A DNA stretch of 64,000 nucleotides from Candidatus Bathyarchaeota archaeon. GTDB taxonomy: Archaea > Thermoproteota > Bathyarchaeia > Bathyarchaeales > Bathycorpusculaceae. The stretch is from assembly GCA_963715865.1 (NCBI GenBank), contig OY970280.1:544001-608000 (forward strand), given 5' to 3'. The notes beneath the pieces are model-generated. The model saw only the letters and a list, made by a program, of their open reading frames with translations, was not told the origin of the DNA and did no database searches. Below, piece after piece: positions 1-8,627 of the stretch; the stretch's first letter is position 1, and the number at the start of each line of letters is the position of its first letter. Both the position numbers and the translations under genes were made by a program.

Positions 1-1
1 T

Positions 2-1153
2 TTGGGTATATTTGCAACAGCCACAGCAACCATAAAAACTCGTTTAAGCCAAGAAGCGCCAGGAAGTATTAAAGTTAACAAACCGAAGGTCCTTTTTCTT
101 AGCATATGGGCAATCGGCATCGGCATAGTTCTGGCTGTGATTGGCTCCATACTGGGCAGCACCTATGCAAAAAACACAATAATAAACTACGCAGGCTTCG
201 GAATGCTATTAACGGGAATATGCGTTTTTGTCCTCGGCATATTCGGAACAGCGTTAGCAACCCTACAAACTCGCTTAAATGAAACTGAAAAACAATCAGG
301 CGTTAAGGTCGATAAACCAAGGTTTCTATTTTACAGCATATTATCGATTGGCATTGGAATAGTTCTAACTGTTATCGGTTTCATTGTAGCTGGCTCTTAC
401 GCAAAAGAAACAATATTGAACTACACTGGTTTTGGAATGCTACTAGTAGGGATAGCCATCTTCAGCATAGGCATATCAGGAACGGCTATAGCACTCATAA
501 ACAACCGCTGGTGCCTAACTGGAAAACGCACAAGCGAGGGCAGACCAAGAGTTCTATTGGGAGGCATATGGGCAATCGGCATTGGCTCAATGTTATTCAT
601 TAATGGTTCATTAATAGCTAGTTCCTATGCAAAAAATACGCTAATGAATTACGCTGGGTTTGGAATGTTTCTAGCAGGTACAGGCGTTTTTGTTTACGGG
701 ATATTTGAGACGGCTCGAATTTCTGCAATGGGTTACTTGAGTAGCAGGCGTAACAACACTTGTAACGAAGATGTTGAAGATTTGGCTTTAAAGAAAAGAG
801 AAAAATTTTCTAAGCGCTCGAGAAACTTTTGGAACTATCTCGTAACCACGCGTGCCCTTCTTAACATTGCAGGCATAATGGTTGCTATGGGTTTGCTTTT
901 CTTTAGTCTCTGGCAACTGGACCTTATCGTCTCGGGTCCAGTTTGGTGGGAGTCTAGCCCCAAGGGCCAGGGATGGAGTTGGAGCGGTCCTGGTGCATAC
1001 GCAAACGATTACTTCCAATGTTTCCTCTGGAAAACCACTATTGGACAGGCATATGACACCTTGTTTTTAATGATATTCATTTCGTTCATAGTGCTTTTTG
1101 CAAGCGCATTCTTCTGGCCACGATGGCGAGTCAAAAATAATGAATTAAATTAA
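2..1153 (+). CDS. Polytopic membrane protein with ~75-aa tandem repeats (5' partial)
   Basis: Three visible repeats of KP(K/R)xLF..I..IGIG..L.VIG......YAK.T..NY.GFGMLL.G; strongly hydrophobic. Confidence 0.8.
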   Translation: MGIFATATATIKTRLSQEAPGSIKVNKPKVLFLSIWAIGIGIVLAVIGSILGSTYAKNTIINYAGFGMLLTGICVFVLGIFGTALATLQTRLNETEKQSGVKVDKPRFLFYSILSIGIGIVLTVIGFIVAGSYAKETILNYTGFGMLLVGIAIFSIGISGTAIALINNRWCLTGKRTSEGRPRVLLGGIWAIGIGSMLFINGSLIASSYAKNTLMNYAGFGMFLAGTGVFVYGIFETARISAMGYLSSRRNNTCNEDVEDLALKKREKFSKRSRNFWNYLVTTRALLNIAGIMVAMGLLFFSLWQLDLIVSGPVWWESSPKGQGWSWSGPGAYANDYFQCFLWKTTIGQAYDTLFLMIFISFIVLFASAFFWPRWRVKNNELN

Positions 1154-1801
1154 GGAGTCAAACCTAAGTAACAACATGCTTGCTTGTTATCGTTATTACA
1201 ACCAATTTTTCTCGCTTCTTAAGCTTTCATCATTTAAAGCTATAGAAGTGCAGTTTCTATCTTTAAGATACTAACATTCTACCTTGCGAGCGCCCATTAG
1301 TTTAAGCCCTTGACTGGCAAATTAATAATATATTCTATATTGATCATATCATTTAACTAATTTACTAATACGAACAGCTAATTCTACTTGAAATTCTGAA
1401 AGAAAAGGTTAGGTGAGTTTCCTACTCAACGATTGGAAAATAAAAACCCCTAATCCAGGAAGAGAGGGGAAATTTGGTTCCCAACCGTTGAGTAGGCGCT
1501 CACCACCAAGTTAATGCTTGCTCGCTTGATTTAAATTTTAGCCAACCAATCAAGCGCGTGTGATTGGACAATGTGAATACTAACAGCATATTTTTCTTTG
1601 CGCACTCACCAGCTCCGCCACCTGTAAGATAAGACAAATTATTCTTTGCAAGTTACGTTACGGTTCAAAAAAGAGAAAAGGAAAATAAAGAAAAGTCTAT
1701 TTCGGCTTTTTAAACAGTTTAACCCATTCCACCTCGCGAACAAACTCAAAACTTTCCTCGATTTAACATCACATATTCTATCGCATCTTTAGTGATTGTT
1801 A

Positions 1802-1826
1802 TGGTGCGAGGGGTGAGACTTGAACC
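1802..1826 (-). repeat. tRNA-Leu-like 3' fragment (T-loop to CCA), putative degenerate att site
   Basis: Reverse complement GGTTCAAGTCTCACCCCTCGCACCA vs tRNA-Leu 3' end GGTTCAAGTCCCACCCCCGGCACCA (22/25), same orientation. Confidence 0.65.
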
Positions 1827-2039
1827 GTAAAAACGGATTCGCCTTGGCCAAATTAACTGACTGTTTCCAAACCACTGAGAGAATAAGTGCAATTAATAAA
1901 GTTGCTATAGAGAAAGCTTTTCTTACCGCCGACCAATTATACATTATTTTTCCTCTTGCAAACTCTTTCTTTGTGATTAAATTAGTAGGCAGTATAGATG
2001 AAATTTGGGTTTATCGGGGATTATAGATATTAGGTTAGC

Positions 2040-2495
2040 TTGTCCTTTACTATGTGTTGGTTTGTTATGAAATTTAAGTTACAGATATTTACTCAAGATG
2101 ACATTGAGGACAATTATTTGGGGAGGCGCTATCGCTTTGCTGTGGTTGACTCAGACAAGTCTAAGGGTTATCCATCTAATTTCATCTGCTTGTTGCCTTC
2201 TCAGATAAGCGTTGAACAGAAAAAGAACAGTGTTTTCTCAAAGCTTTTCGGAGAAAAATGTGAAGAGCAAGCTAAAACACTGTTAACGCATGCTTTAGTG
2301 AGTGAAAACAATTCCGAAGTTAAAACTGAAATTGAACGAAGACTAAAGCTGCTTGATCCTAAAACAGTTAATCAAATAAAATGTAGTTCATGCGGAAAAC
2401 TCTTCCAGCCCCGGCGAATAAGAAGGCTTAAACGGAATTTCTGCCAAGACTGCATGAATAGAAGTTATGGCAACCGAGGAGAAGAAACTCAATAA
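2040..2495 (+). CDS. Hypothetical protein with C-terminal Zn ribbon
   Basis: CSSC...CQDC motif; start may be the ATG of MKFKLQ. Confidence 0.7.
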   Translation: MSFTMCWFVMKFKLQIFTQDDIEDNYLGRRYRFAVVDSDKSKGYPSNFICLLPSQISVEQKKNSVFSKLFGEKCEEQAKTLLTHALVSENNSEVKTEIERRLKLLDPKTVNQIKCSSCGKLFQPRRIRRLKRNFCQDCMNRSYGNRGEETQ

Positions 2496-3398
2496 AACAT
2501 TTTTCCAAGTGTTTTTTCACCAAGCTAAGTTCGGGGTCTCCTACGTCAAAATGTATATCCTTTAGATTTCTCCAAGTGAAATCCTTACTTCTGCCTTCAT
2601 CGTTAGGATCTACCCAAAGAGAAAGAGATAGTCTAACTCATTCTCTTAAACAAACTGAAAGGAAAAAAAGCAATACAGCACCCCACCCGTAACAGGGTTA
2701 TGCTGTTTCAAAATATCGACATATTCATGCGGTCGAAATATGCTTTAAATTTTGAGTTGAAACTATGGGAATACGGGCGCATCAGACATTAGTACGGGGT
2801 GAAAGAAGATGGATTATACTCCTGCCAAGACGTGGTTCGGAATACTTGGTGTTTGCATAGTCTTCGCAATCATGCTTTGGTTGTTAATTTAATGATTAAT
2901 GATTAATTTAATGTCTAAGACCCCCAAAAAGCTAGGTTGCGATAGAAGATTTTCTTATCAACCGAAAGGTAACAACCACACGGAATAGATGAATCAACCG
3001 AAGAAGTAACAGAACCTTCGCATGGGTATATTTCCTTTGATAAGGAAGGTAAATCACCCCCTCAATGTACTCTGTAAAACTATGGAAAATCAATCAGCAA
3101 AAACCCCCTATCCCTTGACCTTAGCAAACGAAAAGTAACAGGGAGACGAAACCGACTCAGAGGTAACAGAACCCTTTTTTTGGTTCTGTGAAATCTTCGT
3201 CACTCGACCTGAAATGAAGCCTTCTCAGAATTTTTGTGAAAAATCGTCACCTACTGATAGGAGGTGTTTCTAACCATAAATTTTAGGCAGACAATTTATT
3301 AGGCGTTCATGAGGTTGCGTCTTTGGTGTAAGTTAGGGCTATTGATATGGCGTTGCCTTTGCCGGTGTCGTTTTGTTGAAGTGTGTTGCGTTTTTTGG

Positions 3399-3611
3399 TT
3401 ATTGAACGTCTCTGCTTTTTCTCCAGTTGTCTGGGTATTGATAGACTGTTTTGGGGCCTTCCTTCCAGATTGTGTCGTAGACCTTTAGGAATTCTTGGCT
3501 GGAGAGTCTTTTGTGCTTTTGAATTTTAATCATGGCTTGAACCGTTTCTTCGTCGGGGTTGTTCCCGTTTTGAGAAAGCTTTAGTTTTTTGAGCAATCTC
3601 TTTTTGAACAT
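3399..3611 (-). CDS. Small basic hypothetical protein
   Basis: 70-aa ORF co-oriented with neighbour inside the putative element remnant. Confidence 0.45.
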   Translation of the reverse strand: MFKKRLLKKLKLSQNGNNPDEETVQAMIKIQKHKRLSSQEFLKVYDTIWKEGPKTVYQYPDNWRKSRDVQ

Positions 3612-3620
3612 TTTTTCGCC

Positions 3621-3827
3621 TCAGAACAGTTTGAATTTTTTGCGTGTTGCTCTTTTAACCCTGCATTTTGGCATTGGAAAATCAACGCCGTAAGCTTTTT
3701 CAAGTGCTTTTCTGCATTTTTCAGCAAATTCGCCATCAAGATTTTGGGTGAATTTTTGGTTTATCATTTTTTTCTCTGATTGAGCACTGGAGGAACAGAA
3801 TATAAAAGCAGTATTTCTAGCATACAT
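3621..3827 (-). CDS. Small basic hypothetical protein
   Basis: 68-aa ORF; start uncertain. Confidence 0.4.
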   Translation of the reverse strand: MYARNTAFIFCSSSAQSEKKMINQKFTQNLDGEFAEKCRKALEKAYGVDFPMPKCRVKRATRKKFKLF

Positions 3828-3829
3828 AT

Positions 3830-4207
3830 ATGCCGAAAATGGAAATATTGTTGGAATCGTTGCTTTTCAGAACGAGAATATGTTGGCAATTGGATGTTGC
3901 GCTATATGCAGATACCGTTATTGTTAAAGATAATATACTAAATCGATTGAAAACCTCAAACTTTGGAGCTAAAATTCCCAGGCGGCATACCGATAGTCAT
4001 GTGGGTACGGTTCAATATTGGAAAAAGGGTTTGATTTATGCTCATGATACTCTCATCCACCAAGCGTTTCATCTATTACAGAAAAGAGCATCTTATTATT
4101 TATGCTCGGCTAAAACAGAAGCTGAAGCATGTGTACTAATTGAAGCAGGATTTGAGTTTGTGTGTGATTTCAATGGGCATAAAATATTCAAGAAGAAAAA
4201 ATATTAA
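3830..4207 (+). pseudogene. C-terminal remnant of a tyrosine integrase
   Basis: Tail AKTEAEACVLIEAGFEFVCDFNGHKIFKKKK resembles the tail of the integrase at 19856-21157 (LITAGFEFVRFD...IYRKRK); ends next to the tRNA-Leu 3' end. Confidence 0.6.
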
Positions 4208-4257
4208 ACCAAGTGAAATTTATCGCCAAGACAAACTCCTCGTACTTTTCAACATAG

Positions 4258-4377
4258 TGGTGCCGGGGGTGGGACTTGAACCCACGAAGGCCTGCGCCAG
4301 AGGATCTTAAGTCCTCCTCCATATCTTAGGCAATCTGAATCTGGCCGCCTATTTAGACCTGGCTCGGATACCCCGGC
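4258..4377 (-). tRNA. tRNA-Leu(UAA) with 32-nt D-loop intron (4321-4352, position 21/22)
   Basis: GCCGGGG acceptor, GAGGA-CTTAAGA-TCCTC anticodon arm, long variable arm, encoded CCA; intron removal gives canonical D-arm TCCGAGCCAGGTCTAAGGAG. Confidence 0.93.
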
Positions 4378-4768
4378 ACCAGCAACGTAAGTGACAACAT
4401 GGTATTGTTTAAGTTTTTTGCATCCGCCTTGCTTGCTGTTTCTTTGTTTGTAGCACGAAGGTGACAACATAACATTATATTATGATGAGTGAAGCAATAT
4501 TTGCCAGTTGAGGAACACGCTCTACTGTGGCATCTGTGCTGGTCTTTAAGAAACTGCCAAAGGGTTGTCTGAGATAACATCAAGGGGAACTTTTTGGCAA
4601 GTGCTAACGGCTAGTCTGAGGTCGCTGTGGGGTTTAGACTCAACTTGGCTTATTTTTTTCTGCCTATAAATCACTCTTAACACAGGATTCGCTAATTTTT
4701 TGCTTGAAATTATGTTATGCTTATATGCGGGGATTGTTGTATTTTGTTTTTAAGGAGACTGAAAAAGG

Positions 4769-5047
4769 ATGCCCGCTATAGAAGTTGGCAGAATATGCGT
4801 AAAACAATCAGGCCGAGAGAACGGCAAAAAATGTGTCGTAATAGATGTAATGGATAAAAGTTTCGTTTTAGTAACTGGTCCAAAGAAAATTACAGGAGTC
4901 AAGCGGAGAAGAGTCAACATAAACCATATTATGCCTCTCCAAGACAAGATTGAAGTTAAACGGGGAGCATCAGACGAGGAAGTTGCCCAAGTTTTAGAGG
5001 CTGCAGGCAAACTGCAAGATATGACGCAGACCGTTAAAACCGCGTAA
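4769..5047 (+). CDS. rpl14e: 50S ribosomal protein L14e
   Basis: [46 protein letters not shown]. Confidence 0.95.
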   Translation: MPAIEVGRICVKQSGRENGKKCVVIDVMDKSFVLVTGPKKITGVKRRRVNINHIMPLQDKIEVKRGASDEEVAQVLEAAGKLQDMTQTVKTA

Positions 5048-5110
5048 TTTTAAACTTTAATTACCTCAAACTTCTTTTTCTTACAACATGTTAGGAGAGA
5101 AAACGTATAG

Positions 5111-6157
5111 ATGCCTAGAATAATCCCTCCATGGGAAATCAAACGTGAACTGTTGACTAAAGCAGAGGACACGACCAACCCAAAGTATGGGCACAGGCCC
5201 TCTGAAAGACCAGCAAAAGAATACATCCAATACGGCACAATAAACCTTGACAAACCAGCTGGTCCAACAAGTCACGAAGTTGCCGCATGGGTAAAAAAAA
5301 TCATGCACCTGAACAATATCGGCCACGGCGGAACTCTAGAGGCTTAAGCAACAAGCCAGAGAAATCCCAAAGTGACCGGCATTTTACCCATCACCTTAGA
5401 GGATGCTACGAAGGTGGTTCAGGCGTTTCTCTACAGCGGCAAAGAATACGTTTGCGTAATGAAACTTCATGGAGATGTTAAAGAAGAACAAATTAAACCG
5501 GTTCTCAAAGAATTTGAGGATGAAATTTACCAGCGTCCACCTTTGCGTTCCTCAGTTAAACGGCAACTAAGAACCAGACGCATATACTACATAGACTATC
5601 TGGAACTTGATGGGCGCAATGTTCTTTTCAAAGTTGGCTGCGAAGCGGGAACATACATACGCAAACTCTGCTTTGACATCGGCGAAATCCTAGGCGTCGG
5701 CGCTCACATGCAAGAACTGCGCAGGACACGCTCAGGATCATTCATTGAAACTAGCGCTACAAAAGTTACCTTGCATGATGTGGCTTACTGGTTTGGGGAA
5801 TGGGAACAGAAAAAAGACGAAGCAATCCTGCACAAATTCATTGAACCTATGGAAAACGCGTTAACTTTGCTTCCGAAAATTGTGGTTCGTGACTCAGCTG
5901 TTGATGCACTTTGTCATGGTGCAAACTTGACTGCTCCAGGCGTATTGTCGGTTGAAGCAGGCATCGAGAAAGGTTCGATTCTGACTATTTTCACGTTGAA
6001 AGGTGAAGCAGTGGCGTTGGCGAAAGCGCTTGCCTCGACCGAGGAAATGTTAACTTTAAAGCATGGTGCTGTTGCTGCTCTCGAGAGAGTGCTGATGCTG
6101 AGGGGTACTTATCCGAAGGTTTGGAAAAGCGGTAACGTGAATGAGCAGAGACAATAA
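5111..6157 (+). CDS. cbf5: H/ACA RNA-guided pseudouridine synthase Cbf5; join(5111..5339,5364..6157), 340 aa
   Basis: LDKPAGPTSHEV, GHGGTL|D|PKVTG after splicing, C-terminal PUA domain. Confidence 0.95.
5340..5363 (+). other. 24-nt BHB intron in cbf5 mRNA
   Basis: CTCT/AGAG central helix, AGA and AAA bulges, GGCTT/AAGCC inner stem; contains in-frame TAA; removal rebuilds the catalytic Asp codon. Confidence 0.92.
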
Positions 6158-6764
6158 GGGCTTTGAACATTATTTTGCATCTGCGCCTAAGTCTGAAGCA
6201 AGGTTCGGTTTAGTTCGAACTTGTCTGTGTGGAACATTCTTCGAGTTTTTGACTGCTTCAAGCGTTTTTTCGAAGAGACGAGTTGATTTAGGCACCAGAC
6301 TATTAATCGAATCGATGGTTCTGCCGAAAGCAGGCTATGTTCTTGATATTGGTTGTGGGTATGGTGTTGTTGGGATAGTTGCAGCCGCTCTTAATGCAAA
6401 GCTAAGTGTAGTCATGACGGATGTGAACATGAGGGCTGTGCGTTTGGCAAGAAGAAATGTTGAATTAAACCAGGTGGTTAATGCTGAAGTGCGTTATGGT
6501 TACTTGTATGAGCCTGTTGAAGATTTAGTGTTTAGTTGTGTTCTTTCGAATCCCCCTGTAAGTGCGGGTATGGACACGGTAAAAGCCATAGTGAAAGAAG
6601 CCCCAAAAATCATGGCAGATAAAGCCAGTTTCCAAATGGTTATTCGATCTAAAATCGGCGCTAAAGTGTTTCCTTCCGTTTTCAACGAAACCTTTGGGAA
6701 CTGTACGGTTCTTGCAAGAGAAAGCGGGTTCCGAGTGCTCATGGGGCAGCATTTGGCAGTGTAG
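6141..6764 (+). CDS. Class I SAM-dependent methyltransferase (RsmC/MTS-like)
   Basis: VFSKRRVDLGTRLL, VLDIGCGYG, SNPP motifs. Confidence 0.88.
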   Translation: MSRDNKGFEHYFASAPKSEARFGLVRTCLCGTFFEFLTASSVFSKRRVDLGTRLLIESMVLPKAGYVLDIGCGYGVVGIVAAALNAKLSVVMTDVNMRAVRLARRNVELNQVVNAEVRYGYLYEPVEDLVFSCVLSNPPVSAGMDTVKAIVKEAPKIMADKASFQMVIRSKIGAKVFPSVFNETFGNCTVLARESGFRVLMGQHLAV

Positions 6765-7223
6765 GTTTATTTGTTAGTCTTTGTCAAAACAAAACTACAG
6801 TAATGCCAAGGAAATATGATATGCTTTGCTAGCATGCCTCTTAATTGGTTAATGAGGTCCCAGTAATGATAGCAGCAATTTTGCTTTGGTGTTTGAGTAG
6901 TAAAATGAGGGGAGGGGGTAGGGCCTGTTAGGCAAGTTTTAACCTCATTACAAAGCTCATTCACGGGCTGAACAGATAACCAGCCAGCGTTGGCGTATTG
7001 GATAAATACCCGTTTTAACATTGAATGTTTGCATGCAAGGGGCTAAACTAAAGCGGTCATAGCGCCTTAAAGTCATTCTTTCGCCATTCTTAGTGTCTCT
7101 GGTTGCTACTACGCTTCATTTTGGCAGACAAACAGTTTACGTTTATCTGACAAGGACTTATATGGTAAGCTTCTTGCATTTAACCAAATTGACCATAAAT
7201 CAGCGGTTTACAATGGTGACAGC

Positions 7224-7445
7224 TTGATGTCTGATGATAACAAGAGAGAGCGCATCACAATTCGACTTACGAAAAGGTATCTTGACTTGTTAAACTTGTT
7301 AATTGAAAAAGGCGTTTACAACAGCCGTAACGAAGCCATCAGGGATGCGCTCAGGATCCTTTATGAGTATCATGGGTTGAAAGTTTCGCCAGAAAAAAAG
7401 CATGCGTTTAATCAGGCTAAAGCGAATGATGTTTCCAAGGAATAA
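7224..7445 (+). CDS. Ribbon-helix-helix (CopG-like) transcriptional regulator
   Basis: RITIRL...LDLL...G.YNSRNEAIRDALR. Confidence 0.85.
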   Translation: MMSDDNKRERITIRLTKRYLDLLNLLIEKGVYNSRNEAIRDALRILYEYHGLKVSPEKKHAFNQAKANDVSKE

Positions 7446-7708
7446 GTTTGACTTTAAAATGCCTCGTGGCTAAAGCTGATGCTTCAGATAAGTATTGACT
7501 GCTGCTGCGAAACGGGGCGTTAAAGGCTCATGCGTCACCTGAGACCACAGCGCCTACTGCCACAGCCGATGGAGTCACGGAGCAGGACAAGGCGAAAGTG
7601 CGCAACTTGGAAAACACAGGATTTGATGGCTGAATACTTTGATTTTCAAGAAAAATCGCTGTTTTCACCTTAAAATTACTCGCCTTTTCTTTGCGGTAAA
7701 CCGTAAAA

Positions 7709-7996
7709 TTGAATAAGCCTTTTGTGCCATACAAAAGGAAACAACACAAGACGCAGGTGGTCAATGTGAAACTGAATAAGACTGATGAATTAGTCGTTAA
7801 AACCTTAAAGACTGAAGGTAAAGCGTTAACTCTTCAAGAAATAGCGGACAAAACAGGCGAAACAACCAAAAAAATCTTCAAGTCACTCCGCAAACTCTTC
7901 GAACACGAAATCATAGAAACAAACGCACACAAATACAAACTTACAGGCAAAAAACCCGACGGCGCCAAGGAAGACGAGCCTGAATTACCAGAATAA
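7709..7996 (+). CDS. Winged-helix DNA-binding protein
   Basis: LTLQEIADKTGETTKKIFKSLRKLFEHEII HTH pattern. Confidence 0.7.
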   Translation: MNKPFVPYKRKQHKTQVVNVKLNKTDELVVKTLKTEGKALTLQEIADKTGETTKKIFKSLRKLFEHEIIETNAHKYKLTGKKPDGAKEDEPELPE

Positions 7997-8004
7997 AATT
8001 AAAA

Positions 8005-8080
8005 GGAGCCTCGAGCGGGCCTTGATCCCGCGGCCTGCTGCTTACAAGGCAGCCGCTCTACCGGGCTGAGCTATCGAGGC
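8005..8080 (-). tRNA. tRNA-Thr(UGU)
   Basis: GCCTCGA/TCGAGGC acceptor, GCTGC-CTTGTAA-GCAGC anticodon arm; atypical T-loop ATCAAGG. Confidence 0.9.
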
Positions 8081-8157
8081 ACATGCAGTTCTTAGTTTAC
8101 ACCATGACATAAAAGATTAACCAAATAAAAGTTACTGCTTCTCTTTAAAAATTTCAT

Positions 8158-8463
8158 TTACTCTTCATTAACAGTTACAGGATAGACGCCATCACCTTTT
8201 TGACCAAAATAAATTTTGTATTGTGGGTCTGTATGGTGCTTGATTATATGTACCTTTATCAATTTTCTACCATTATAAAGTTGATAAGTAGCGTTCATAA
8301 TTCGGTCATACCACTCTTTTTCATTTAGTCGTAAAACAGCTTTGCCAATTGTTTCAATTCCATCGTCATCATTTAGAACAAAAGTAATCTTTGACTCCCT
8401 CGTCATCCAATTTTCAGGGCTGCTAAGATTATACCACCAAGTGTCTTGATTTCCAGTGGACAA
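8158..8463 (-). CDS. Hypothetical protein
   Basis: 101-aa ORF downstream of hsdR. Confidence 0.55.
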   Translation of the reverse strand: MSTGNQDTWWYNLSSPENWMTRESKITFVLNDDDGIETIGKAVLRLNEKEWYDRIMNATYQLYNGRKLIKVHIIKHHTDPQYKIYFGQKGDGVYPVTVNEE

Positions 8464-8627
8464 CTTTTTTGATGAAAGTATTTTAAGTTCTTTAATTCTA
8501 CCTTCCCCTCTTATATTTAGAGCTTGGTTGTTTCTTAAGCCTTTTTAAAATTTTATATAGTACTTCCAGACGCTCTATTAGCGCTTGGCTATCAAGAATA
8601 CCATTTATATTAAAAACAGTCGAGGCT

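Noticed and set aside
3240-3252. AAAATCGTCACCT shared (inverted) with 19819-19831 near the integrase
   Set aside because: One 13-mer match at non-equivalent positions; compatible with chance.
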